Virus record (IMG/VR): IMGVR_UViG_3300021963_000027
Location: 1 to 64,000 of that record
Origin: a virus
DNA: 64,000 nt
Direction: 5' to 3' (one strand)
The notes under the pieces are model-generated. The model ran no database searches. It saw nothing but the letters and a program-made list of their open reading frames with translations, and was not told where the DNA came from. Below, piece by piece: positions 9,596 to 17,852 of the stretch; the stretch's first letter is position 1, and every line of letters begins with the position of its first letter. A program made the translations under genes and the position numbers.

Positions 9596-10030
9596 ATGAT
9601 CAATGCCAGTGGGGTAATTAAAGTAGAAAGAGATAGACAACGCATCGTCGTTGAGACTTCTCCTGATATTATTGATTATTACCACTGGCATCTGTCAAAA
9701 AAATATTGGATTCTCTTACAACGTCCTTTACATAAAGCTCACATCACTATTACGAATCCCAAATTTCACAAAGATGTCAATTGGCAACGTGCTGTGTATT
9801 ATGATGGAGAACGTGTGAATTTTCAGTATGATCCATGTGTAATACAAGGTGGTCACACCAAAGGATTCATCATGTTTTATTTAAAAGTTTATTCGGAAGT
9901 GCTTGACAATATGAAAAAAGACCTTAATATCGTGGAGAACAATGGCTACCGTGGACTTCATATTACCCTTGCGAACGGAAAACACGGTAATGTTCATCCG
10001 TGGTGGCCTAAAATGATTACAATCAAATAA
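9596..10030 (+). CDS. 2H phosphoesterase-like protein
   Basis: Two HxT motifs (AHITI, LHITL). Confidence 0.65.
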   Translation: MINASGVIKVERDRQRIVVETSPDIIDYYHWHLSKKYWILLQRPLHKAHITITNPKFHKDVNWQRAVYYDGERVNFQYDPCVIQGGHTKGFIMFYLKVYSEVLDNMKKDLNIVENNGYRGLHITLANGKHGNVHPWWPKMITIK

Positions 10031-10034
10031 TTTT

Positions 10035-10205
10035 ATGAAAACATATACTTGGAATTATGCTGTTGAAGGTATCTTTACTTTTATGCCTCTTTACATCACG
10101 GTAGAAGCCGAAACAGAAAAAGAGGCTAAGGATGAAGCTATTGTAAAAATACAATCAACACACGGAGATAGGAAAATCATTTTCTTCACATTAGATATAA
10201 AATAA
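10035..10205 (+). CDS. hypothetical protein (56 aa)
   Basis: Fills gap, TAATG-coupled. Confidence 0.65.
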   Translation: MKTYTWNYAVEGIFTFMPLYITVEAETEKEAKDEAIVKIQSTHGDRKIIFFTLDIK

Positions 10206-10705
10206 TGAAATATAAAAAACATGCAGTTACAATGATGGATGGTTTGGAAACCTATCGCATCGGTAGTGAAGCTATCATTACACTACAACCATCTACTGGT
10301 TATGTGTCGGTATCATGCCCTCATTATCAGGAGTTGAATGGGTGTCATTGGTGGACACATCGAGGTAACTATACTCTACACGAATTTTTAATCGATTTAC
10401 ATGCCGATTACACTATGAATAAATTATTCGATTCGCGCAAATTGGAAGAATATGATGAAGATCAGACCAAAAAAGACATTCGTGACTATGTGATCAATTT
10501 GAGAGTGAATAATCGGATTTCCAAAATTAAAGCTAGAGATATTTGGACAGAGGTTGAGTATGCAGAAACAATGGATGATATTGCTAGATTGGAAGGGATT
10601 GAATGTCCATATGAATTCATTCGACACAAAGACAAATGGTGTGTGGCGTGGTTTTGGAATGAGGTTTGGTTTTCGTTTATTGAACACTTAAAAGAAAAGA
10701 AATAA
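10205..10705 (+). CDS. hypothetical protein
   Basis: ORF. Confidence 0.8.
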   Translation: MKYKKHAVTMMDGLETYRIGSEAIITLQPSTGYVSVSCPHYQELNGCHWWTHRGNYTLHEFLIDLHADYTMNKLFDSRKLEEYDEDQTKKDIRDYVINLRVNNRISKIKARDIWTEVEYAETMDDIARLEGIECPYEFIRHKDKWCVAWFWNEVWFSFIEHLKEKK

Positions 10706-10709
10706 TAAT

Positions 10710-10895
10710 ATGAATGAACATTTTATATCAGGAGCATGTGGTTTTGGGTTAGCGATTCTTCTATTGATCGTGACAGGACTTACTCCAAAAGCCACACAAG
10801 AAAAATTTGAAAAAGAAGCATTTAGCCATGGCTATATGGAAAAAATTATTAACGACAAAGACCAAGTGATCTATCGCTGGAAGGAGAAACAATAA
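10710..10895 (+). CDS. small membrane-anchored protein
   Basis: Hydrophobic N-term. Confidence 0.7.
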   Translation: MNEHFISGACGFGLAILLLIVTGLTPKATQEKFEKEAFSHGYMEKIINDKDQVIYRWKEKQ

Positions 10896-10896
10896 C

Positions 10897-11505
10897 ATGA
10901 AACCAATCAAAGGAAAAACATATCGTCTGAAAGATGGAGATCGGATTTTAAGAGGCATTTATTCTGGTGAGGAAGATGGTTCTTTCACTATTTATAAATT
11001 TTTTATTTTCGATGATACCGATGATCGTAAATGGTTTTCGGAATCTGAAATCATCGAAGAAATCGAACCTAAAGAGAGACAGCGAATCCACGGCAAAGAC
11101 CGCAACCCAAAGCATGGTGACTTCTCTGATTATGAAGTTCGCTGTATGGTGGCAAACTATTGCCGCGACATTACAGTTGGGGTGGCAGGTTGGGGCGTTC
11201 CCTTCACTGTGTGGGTAGAACTGAAAGGTCTTGCCAAATTCGAGAACGGTTCTCTCTATAAGCTAGAGAAACCTACTTGTGAATGTGAGATGTGTGATGG
11301 GCGCAGAGCAGCGCACGAAGAACTTGAGGAATGTCTTGACAATCTGGAAGTAGATGATAGAGTGAAAGTAATCAATCCTGATTATACATTATCTCTTGGT
11401 CAAGAGGGGTTTATTAGTGAGATCGTTGAGGATGAAATTATGGTTAATTTCACTGGTGGATGGAGAGGTTGGTTTAATAAAGAAGATGTAGAAAAAATAA
11501 AATAA
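10897..11505 (+). CDS. hypothetical protein
   Basis: ORF. Confidence 0.8.
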   Translation: MKPIKGKTYRLKDGDRILRGIYSGEEDGSFTIYKFFIFDDTDDRKWFSESEIIEEIEPKERQRIHGKDRNPKHGDFSDYEVRCMVANYCRDITVGVAGWGVPFTVWVELKGLAKFENGSLYKLEKPTCECEMCDGRRAAHEELEECLDNLEVDDRVKVINPDYTLSLGQEGFISEIVEDEIMVNFTGGWRGWFNKEDVEKIK

Positions 11506-11681
11506 TGATAACAGAAGAGCAACAAAAACAAATTGAATCCATCGTCAAAAACCTGATTCCTTGTCGTGCGCAAGCATATATGTTTGGATCAAAACATAAG
11601 ATTGTTCACACTAATAACCGCTATTGGGATTTGATGAGCTTTTATCAAGGACAATGGCATTACATCGCAACATTAAAATAA
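11505..11681 (+). CDS. hypothetical protein (58 aa)
   Basis: TAATG-coupled. Confidence 0.6.
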   Translation: MITEEQQKQIESIVKNLIPCRAQAYMFGSKHKIVHTNNRYWDLMSFYQGQWHYIATLK

Positions 11682-11692
11682 TAAAAAAAAAT

Positions 11693-11926
11693 ATGAAAAT
11701 TATATTTGAAAAAGAAGAAAATCAAGATAAGCATTTGACTATTGCTGATGTCGAGGACAATCAATTCTTTGTATGCGAAGTCGGTTATCTGTGTCAAAAG
11801 GTCAGCAATTCCCTTTACACTACCATCACGGATGAAGATGGATTACTTAGCTGCGAAATTTTTGATTGCGATTCTGATTACCCAATCAAGCGCATTCTTC
11901 CTAAGATCGCGAAGATTGAATTCTAA
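11693..11926 (+). CDS. hypothetical protein
   Basis: ORF. Confidence 0.7.
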   Translation: MKIIFEKEENQDKHLTIADVEDNQFFVCEVGYLCQKVSNSLYTTITDEDGLLSCEIFDCDSDYPIKRILPKIAKIEF

Positions 11927-11938
11927 TCAATAAAAAAT

Positions 11939-12181
11939 ATGAACTACTTTATACTTCTAGCAACTAACCCTCCTATGGACAATAAGATCGCTGCGATAAT
12001 TTTTCTATGCAGTGCTGTGTTGGTTGCAACACACATACTTTCCTATCTAGCTGGTGCTAATGCTGAGAGCAGCGGTGGTGGTGATGCACCAATAATGCTG
12101 CCATTCGTATTGGTCATGTTTGCTACAATCGCATCAACATTAGGCTCTCTTATTATTATCTTAATAAACATTTTATCTTAA
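11939..12181 (+). CDS. membrane protein
   Basis: Two hydrophobic segments. Confidence 0.75.
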   Translation: MNYFILLATNPPMDNKIAAIIFLCSAVLVATHILSYLAGANAESSGGGDAPIMLPFVLVMFATIASTLGSLIIILINILS

Positions 12182-12190
12182 ACTAACACT

Positions 12191-12385
12191 ATGTCAAAAA
12201 ATATATTAATCTACTTATTCGGAGCTTGGACAGCAAGCTCAATCTGGATGGCTATAACAGGTATTGGTTATAACTCAAATCAAGCACAGGCGATTCCATT
12301 TGGGCTTTTCAGCTTAATTGCTTGGGTTGGCACAATTATTGGTTTAATCTACGAGACAATGAAAACTCTTGATAACGAAGACTAA
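12191..12385 (+). CDS. membrane protein
   Basis: Two hydrophobic segments. Confidence 0.75.
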   Translation: MSKNILIYLFGAWTASSIWMAITGIGYNSNQAQAIPFGLFSLIAWVGTIIGLIYETMKTLDNED

Positions 12386-12624
12386 TGAACCATAATCCTC
12401 TCACGAAAAAACAATTAGAAGAATTAGGCTTTACAGTCACAGAGCAAAAGCTTAAAACAAAAACAAAAGTAGAAATCGAATACGAACCGTGGGGGAATAA
12501 TCACATTGATACGTTTTATCATTACCCTTCTTTTGGAGAAATTATTGATCGCATCGTCTCAAATGTGAGACAAGATGAACGTGACAGAATAAAAGCAAAA
12601 ATAACAAACAAATTATTCCAATAA
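12385..12624 (+). CDS. hypothetical protein
   Basis: ORF. Confidence 0.75.
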   Translation: MNHNPLTKKQLEELGFTVTEQKLKTKTKVEIEYEPWGNNHIDTFYHYPSFGEIIDRIVSNVRQDERDRIKAKITNKLFQ

Positions 12625-12703
12625 AAAATATGAGAACAAAACAATTTGAATTAAGCAACTACTCATCAAACGGTAAACACTTTGGAGGAATTATTATACA
12701 CCT

Positions 12704-12976
12704 ATGACATACGAAAAATTCAGAGCAAAATACCGAATCGTCAAAGTGCAATATGATGAACGACCTAATTACTTCACTTACATTGTTCAATGCCGAAAAT
12801 TTTTCTTCTGGTGGGGTGCGCCAGTCACACCATACTCAGATAAACGATTCCTATCTTTTAGAGTGTGTATGGGTGAATACCAGCACATAACTTTCTTTAG
12901 TATTGAAAAGGCTGAAGAGGCTATTAAGAAACAATACAATTATTGGTATCGTGTAACACCTGAAGTAGTAGCTTAA
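12704..12976 (+). CDS. hypothetical protein
   Basis: ORF. Confidence 0.75.
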   Translation: MTYEKFRAKYRIVKVQYDERPNYFTYIVQCRKFFFWWGAPVTPYSDKRFLSFRVCMGEYQHITFFSIEKAEEAIKKQYNYWYRVTPEVVA

Positions 12977-12991
12977 CTAACAAAACGAGAT

Positions 12992-13285
12992 ATGAGAACA
13001 AAACAATTTGAATTAGAAAACAGCAGTATTGCTTATGGTGAGTCAATTGAACAGCTAATTAAAACTCTTGAGAGCCTTAACAAACGAGCAAAGGAGCACG
13101 GAGCAATTGATACATCTGTCGATTTTTATCATGGAGACGGTGGCTATGTTCAAATTTGCGGCATTCGATACATGACACCTGAAGAGATTGCAAAAGCTGA
13201 AGCAGACGATGCAGTTAGAAACCAAAAACAACTTGATTGGGAGCGCAAACAATACGAAGCTCTTAGAGCAAAATTCGAACCATAA
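12992..13285 (+). CDS. hypothetical protein
   Basis: ORF. Confidence 0.8.
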   Translation: MRTKQFELENSSIAYGESIEQLIKTLESLNKRAKEHGAIDTSVDFYHGDGGYVQICGIRYMTPEEIAKAEADDAVRNQKQLDWERKQYEALRAKFEP

Positions 13286-13292
13286 TAAAAAT

Positions 13293-13613
13293 ATGAATTA
13301 TAATCACGAAACACACGACGAACGTAATCTCTGTGAATACTATCCAGAGGGGTTCGACTGGGAAGACGAAATGACACTTGAATATCTTATCGACGCACTT
13401 CAAAAGACATTACAAAATGCTTATGCAGATGGAATGGAAGTAGAAGACACCAGTTTCAAATGGTTTAGACATGATGGGTATATGGATATTGATGGCTTCT
13501 TCCCATATACGGAAGAGCAAATTGAGGAAAATAGAATCCGAGAAGAGCAGCGTCAGAAATGGAGAAAAGAACATCTTAAACAAGAATTGGAGAAATTAGA
13601 AAAAGGAGAATAA
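13293..13613 (+). CDS. hypothetical protein (resembles upstream neighbour)
   Basis: ORF. Confidence 0.75.
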   Translation: MNYNHETHDERNLCEYYPEGFDWEDEMTLEYLIDALQKTLQNAYADGMEVEDTSFKWFRHDGYMDIDGFFPYTEEQIEENRIREEQRQKWRKEHLKQELEKLEKGE

Positions 13614-13719
13614 TATGTGGTGCTTTATATCGTTAATCTTTTACTGTCTTTGTTTGCTTGCGGTGATTGCCATGTGCAAAGCTGCAAGTGACGAATATAA
13701 ACCCAAAAAATAAAAAAAT

Positions 13720-14223
13720 ATGAAACCATGGATGCCACAAAATCAAATTGATTTAATACAATCGTATTTAAAACCAACTGACACAATGTTGGAATATGGA
13801 GCAGGAGGATCTACTTTATATTTTTCTCAATATGTGGAAAAATATGTCAGTATTGAACATGATATAAATTGGATTGATAAAATACGTGAGAATAAAATGC
13901 CTGATAATGTTGAATTACATTATTGCGCTCCAAATAATAAAATTCAATTACCAACTTGGAAAGGAAATCCTGAAGATTTTCAAAATTATATTTCTTTTAT
14001 TGATACTTTAAATTACAAAAATTATGATAAGGTTTTTATTGATGGGAGAGTTCGGGTTGAATGTAGCGTGAAAGTATTGGATTATTTAAATACTGATTCA
14101 CTCGTATTCGTTCATGACTTCTTTGAAAGAGATAGGTATCATAAAATACTCGAATATTATAAAATTATTGATCAAGATAGAAACACTAGACCAAGTTTAG
14201 TGATACTTAAAAAACATGAATAA
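13720..14223 (+). CDS. class I SAM-dependent methyltransferase-like protein
   Basis: LEYGAGGST, VSIEHD, YDKVFIDGR, VHDF. Confidence 0.8.
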   Translation: MKPWMPQNQIDLIQSYLKPTDTMLEYGAGGSTLYFSQYVEKYVSIEHDINWIDKIRENKMPDNVELHYCAPNNKIQLPTWKGNPEDFQNYISFIDTLNYKNYDKVFIDGRVRVECSVKVLDYLNTDSLVFVHDFFERDRYHKILEYYKIIDQDRNTRPSLVILKKHE

Positions 14224-14539
14224 AAATATGGAAGAAGAACCAGAATACGAATACTATGTTGTGGAGGTGGTTAAAAAATCTTACTCCGAAATCTATATCA
14301 AAGTCCCAAAAGGAGAAGAGATTACATGGAGAGATAAGAAATTGATTTCCGAAGCAGCAGTGGAAACGCTTGAAGACTGTGATTGGGACGACTGTGGGGA
14401 TTTGGAAACCGATTCTATTCGGAAAACATCTGAAAAAACCGCTAAGTTCTACGAAGTTTATGATGCGACAGAATACTTTCCAGTAAGACCAAAACCTGAA
14501 GACCCAAATCAAATGACACTTGACTTTTTAAAAAACTAG
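14216..14539 (+). CDS. hypothetical protein
   Basis: Ends LKN* in motif. Confidence 0.8.
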   Translation: MNKNMEEEPEYEYYVVEVVKKSYSEIYIKVPKGEEITWRDKKLISEAAVETLEDCDWDDCGDLETDSIRKTSEKTAKFYEVYDATEYFPVRPKPEDPNQMTLDFLKN

Positions 14540-14571
14540 AATACAATAACCACCACAACGAAAATAATATT

Positions 14572-14925
14572 ATGGGATTAGATATGGGTTTATATTCCGC
14601 AAAGCGGAAAAATGATGAAATTGCTTATTGGAGAAAATTCAACGCACTACATCAGTGGTTTGTTGAAAATTTGGAAGGAGTTGATAATTGCGAATACTCT
14701 CCAGTATCCAAAGAAAAATTGGAAGAATTGGTGAAAACGTTGGAAGAATTACAAACAACCAAAAACACAGAACTTCTACCAACTCAAAGTGGCTTTTTCT
14801 TCGGTTCAACGGAGTATGATGAATGGTATTGGGGAAACGTTGATAGAACTATCTCCACTCTAAAAGGGATTCTTGGAGACTTTGATTTTGAAAACGACCA
14901 ATTACTTTACAGCGCAAATTGGTAA
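14572..14925 (+). CDS. conserved phage hypothetical protein
   Basis: MGLDM..YWRKFNALHQWF..DNC. Confidence 0.85.
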   Translation: MGLDMGLYSAKRKNDEIAYWRKFNALHQWFVENLEGVDNCEYSPVSKEKLEELVKTLEELQTTKNTELLPTQSGFFFGSTEYDEWYWGNVDRTISTLKGILGDFDFENDQLLYSANW

Positions 14926-14956
14926 AAATAAAAAACTAGAATACACTATGCAGACA

Positions 14957-15217
14957 ATGTTAATTAATTATATTAGAAATGAAAATCGGAAACCACACGG
15001 AGTCGTTGTGGCATTTAAACAAGACGGAAAAATTCATTATGGATACTCTCTCCATAATCCTATTGACAAATGGGATCGTGAGCTTGGTATCAAAATTGCT
15101 GTGGCTCGTGCCAATGCGAATGAATTTCAATTGCCTAAAGTTGATAATCGCCTTAAATCGGTGAGTGAAGCAATTGAACATATGAAAACCCGCTCTAACA
15201 AATACTTCAAACAATAA
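14957..15217 (+). CDS. hypothetical protein
   Basis: After M-promoter. Confidence 0.75.
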   Translation: MLINYIRNENRKPHGVVVAFKQDGKIHYGYSLHNPIDKWDRELGIKIAVARANANEFQLPKVDNRLKSVSEAIEHMKTRSNKYFKQ

Positions 15218-15218
15218 T

Positions 15219-15830
15219 ATGGGAACACGAAATTTGACATGTGCTGTCATCGATAAGAAATACAAAGTAGCTCAATACGGGCAATGGGATGGCTATCCAT
15301 CTGGTCAGGGTATTACGATTCTAAATTTCTTGAGAAATAAGCTGAATCGTCCTCTGATGGAGAAACGACTTCGCGAAGTTCAATTCCTGAATGATGCTGA
15401 AATTAAACTGATCAACGAAGCTAATAAACCATTACCCCAACAATTAAGTAGGGATTGTGGTGGTCACATCTTGGAATTTCTTCAAAATGGGGAATATACT
15501 AAAAGTGAATTGTTTAGATCAGTGACATATACATGGGAGATGGATAAGTTACATAATCGATTGGATTTTGCTGGTGATTCTTTATTCTGTGAATGGGCTT
15601 ATGTCGTGGACTTTGATGAAAATACTTTTGAAGTCTATGAGGGATTTGTTAAAGAACCTCATGAGGGTGAAAGGTTTTCTGATGTGGGATGTGTGGAGAC
15701 TGCCCAAGGGGAACGACGATACTATCCAATCAAATTGAAGAAAAAATATGATTTAAATAATCTCCCAACGGAAGAAGAATTTTTAAAAGAATTAGAACAA
15801 CAAGAAGAAGAAGAACAAGACAATGAGTGA
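15219..15830 (+). CDS. conserved phage hypothetical protein
   Basis: MGTR..QYGQWDGYP..G..CEWAYVVD. Confidence 0.85.
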   Translation: MGTRNLTCAVIDKKYKVAQYGQWDGYPSGQGITILNFLRNKLNRPLMEKRLREVQFLNDAEIKLINEANKPLPQQLSRDCGGHILEFLQNGEYTKSELFRSVTYTWEMDKLHNRLDFAGDSLFCEWAYVVDFDENTFEVYEGFVKEPHEGERFSDVGCVETAQGERRYYPIKLKKKYDLNNLPTEEEFLKELEQQEEEEQDNE

Positions 15831-16014
15831 TAATAGTAGTAGTAATGGTGGAATTGGATTTGCTGGTCTTTTGACTGTGGCATTTGTGGTTCTGAAATTG
15901 TGTGGAGTAATTGCGTGGTCGTGGTGGTGGGTTCTTTCCCCTATCTGGATTTCCATTTTATTGGTAATCGCTATTGTGGCATTGATTGTCATCGTAAAAT
16001 TATTCACTGAATGA
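15823..16014 (+). CDS. membrane protein
   Basis: GGIGFAGLLTVAFVVLKL..WSWWWV. Confidence 0.85.
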   Translation: MSDNSSSNGGIGFAGLLTVAFVVLKLCGVIAWSWWWVLSPIWISILLVIAIVALIVIVKLFTE

Positions 16015-16331
16015 TGATCCCAGAGAAGACATTACCTGTTCATGAACTCAAGTATTACCACAGTGATAATCTAGGGTTCGTGTTCATCGGTGCTTCAAAA
16101 TCCTCCGATGATGCCATTCAAAGATTAGCTCAATTTTTGGTGGATATTGGAGTATCGAACGAATTACCAGAATTTTATCAACGTGTTAAATCAAATGCAG
16201 TAGTATTCGTATATGGGGGTAATTCTGGATTTCAAAGCGGTAATTTCTATCGTGCTGCCAATCGAACCAATCTGATGGGTATTTTTAAAATTGAAACATT
16301 GGGAATATATTTAGATGGATTACAAGCTTAA
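16011..16331 (+). CDS. hypothetical protein
   Basis: ORF. Confidence 0.75.
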   Translation: MMIPEKTLPVHELKYYHSDNLGFVFIGASKSSDDAIQRLAQFLVDIGVSNELPEFYQRVKSNAVVFVYGGNSGFQSGNFYRAANRTNLMGIFKIETLGIYLDGLQA

Positions 16332-16332
16332 T

Positions 16333-16560
16333 ATGTTACCAATGGAATTAGGGGGGACTGCTGTTCTTGATTATGATCCTGAATATCATCATCTCATGGA
16401 AGAAACCTTAGTGCTTTGTGGTCGAGAGGATATTATTTTATGCTCTCGATCATATACAAACCAAGAAAAATGTTCCATGCACCTAATTAGTGAAAATTAT
16501 GACTTGACAGATTGGTGGGATGCCACTAAGATAATCAGCGAAAAGTATGCAAACAAATGA
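16333..16560 (+). CDS. hypothetical protein
   Basis: ORF. Confidence 0.7.
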   Translation: MLPMELGGTAVLDYDPEYHHLMEETLVLCGREDIILCSRSYTNQEKCSMHLISENYDLTDWWDATKIISEKYANK

Positions 16561-16981
16561 AATTACAATACCTCTGGAACTTTTTGATGGTAGATTCTCT
16601 CTTGAAGAAATCGCCACAATAAGTATGATCTTTGCCTCTCCAAATCTCTCTTTAAAAACTAGAGAACAATGGGGTGGTAATCCGAAGTGCGGTGAAATCA
16701 CTGATAAATTAGTGCAAGACGGTATCATCAAATTTCATGATGATAAAATTGAAATCGACATAACAGAAAAACAAGAACCTATGAACATCCATAAACAAAT
16801 TGAAAATATTCTTGGTAAATATCAAATCGACCAAGAAGATCAAGAAGACCTCAATGATTTGCTGGAAACCATTGGACACGAATCCTTTGGTTCTGGTTAC
16901 GAGAAAGGCTATGATGATGGTAGAATCGATTTCGCAGAACCATCGTTTTCTTCCTATGGTAATAAGGAAGACTACGTTTAA
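16547..16981 (+). CDS. hypothetical protein
   Basis: ORF. Confidence 0.75.
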   Translation: MQTNEITIPLELFDGRFSLEEIATISMIFASPNLSLKTREQWGGNPKCGEITDKLVQDGIIKFHDDKIEIDITEKQEPMNIHKQIENILGKYQIDQEDQEDLNDLLETIGHESFGSGYEKGYDDGRIDFAEPSFSSYGNKEDYV

Positions 16982-17003
16982 AAAACTAGAGTATACTATC
17001 GAC

Positions 17004-17543
17004 ATGATTTACGACGATTTTCAAAAAATCCCCCAATTCCCTCAAACGTATTATGGCATTGATGTTGGGTTGGATTATCTCGAAGACTGCCTTGCAAATT
17101 GGGACAGACCAGACACCCCTCTTATCATGAATCCAGAATGGCAACGAGGGCACGTCTGGACGCAAGAGCAACAAATTCGCTTTATGGAATTCATGTTGAT
17201 GGGTGGAACTACTGGTATGGATATTTACTTTAATTGTTCTTCGTGGCAAGGAGCATACGATACACCTGTATTTGTTGTCGATGGCTTGCAGCGTCTTACT
17301 GCTGCGATGGCATTTGTTCGAAACGAAATCCCTGCTTTTGGAACTTATCGTAAAGATTATAAGGGTAAATTGCGTAGCTTGTCTCATAACCGTTTTCGGT
17401 TTAATATGCTATGCTTAAAAAGTAAAAGAGAACTTTTGAATCTCTATATCATGTTCAATTCTGGAGGTGTTATACACAAACCAGAAGAAATTGAGCGCAT
17501 CAAAAAAATGCTTGAAGAGACATCTGAAAGCGAAATGATCTAA
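17004..17543 (+). CDS. DUF262 / ParB-Srx-like domain protein
   Basis: PEWQRGHVWT and VVDGLQRLT; leaderless start. Confidence 0.8.
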   Translation: MIYDDFQKIPQFPQTYYGIDVGLDYLEDCLANWDRPDTPLIMNPEWQRGHVWTQEQQIRFMEFMLMGGTTGMDIYFNCSSWQGAYDTPVFVVDGLQRLTAAMAFVRNEIPAFGTYRKDYKGKLRSLSHNRFRFNMLCLKSKRELLNLYIMFNSGGVIHKPEEIERIKKMLEETSESEMI

Positions 17544-17552
17544 AATATTTTC

Positions 17553-17580
17553 TTGACAAACACGAAAAACCTGTTAAATT
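17553..17580 (+). promoter_or_regulatory. sigma70-like promoter TTGACA-N16-TAAATT with TG extension
   Basis: Directly upstream of hairpin array. Confidence 0.6.
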
Positions 17581-17583
17581 AAT

Positions 17584-17820
17584 TTCAAGCAAAGAGAGTT
17601 CCTAAAAAATAATCTGTTAAATTATTACTCTCCGCTTAAAAAAATTTCAAACAAAGAAAGTTCCTAAAAAATAATCTGTTAAATTATTACTTTCCGTTTG
17701 AAACACTTTCCAATTTTGAGCAAAGGGGGTTCCTAAATAAATTTATGGAAATTCTACCCCCCGCTCTCTAACTTTGAGCATCAGAAGTTCCTAATTACGC
17801 AAAGATTTTACTTCTCGCTC
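17584..17820 (+). ncRNA. array of four covarying structured RNA hairpins
   Basis: Units 17584-17640, 17646-17702, 17718-17766, 17776-17820; compensatory stems; invariant GTTCCTAA..TAC. Confidence 0.75.
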
Positions 17821-17852
17821 TCTAACTTTAAAAACTAAAATATACTGAACTT

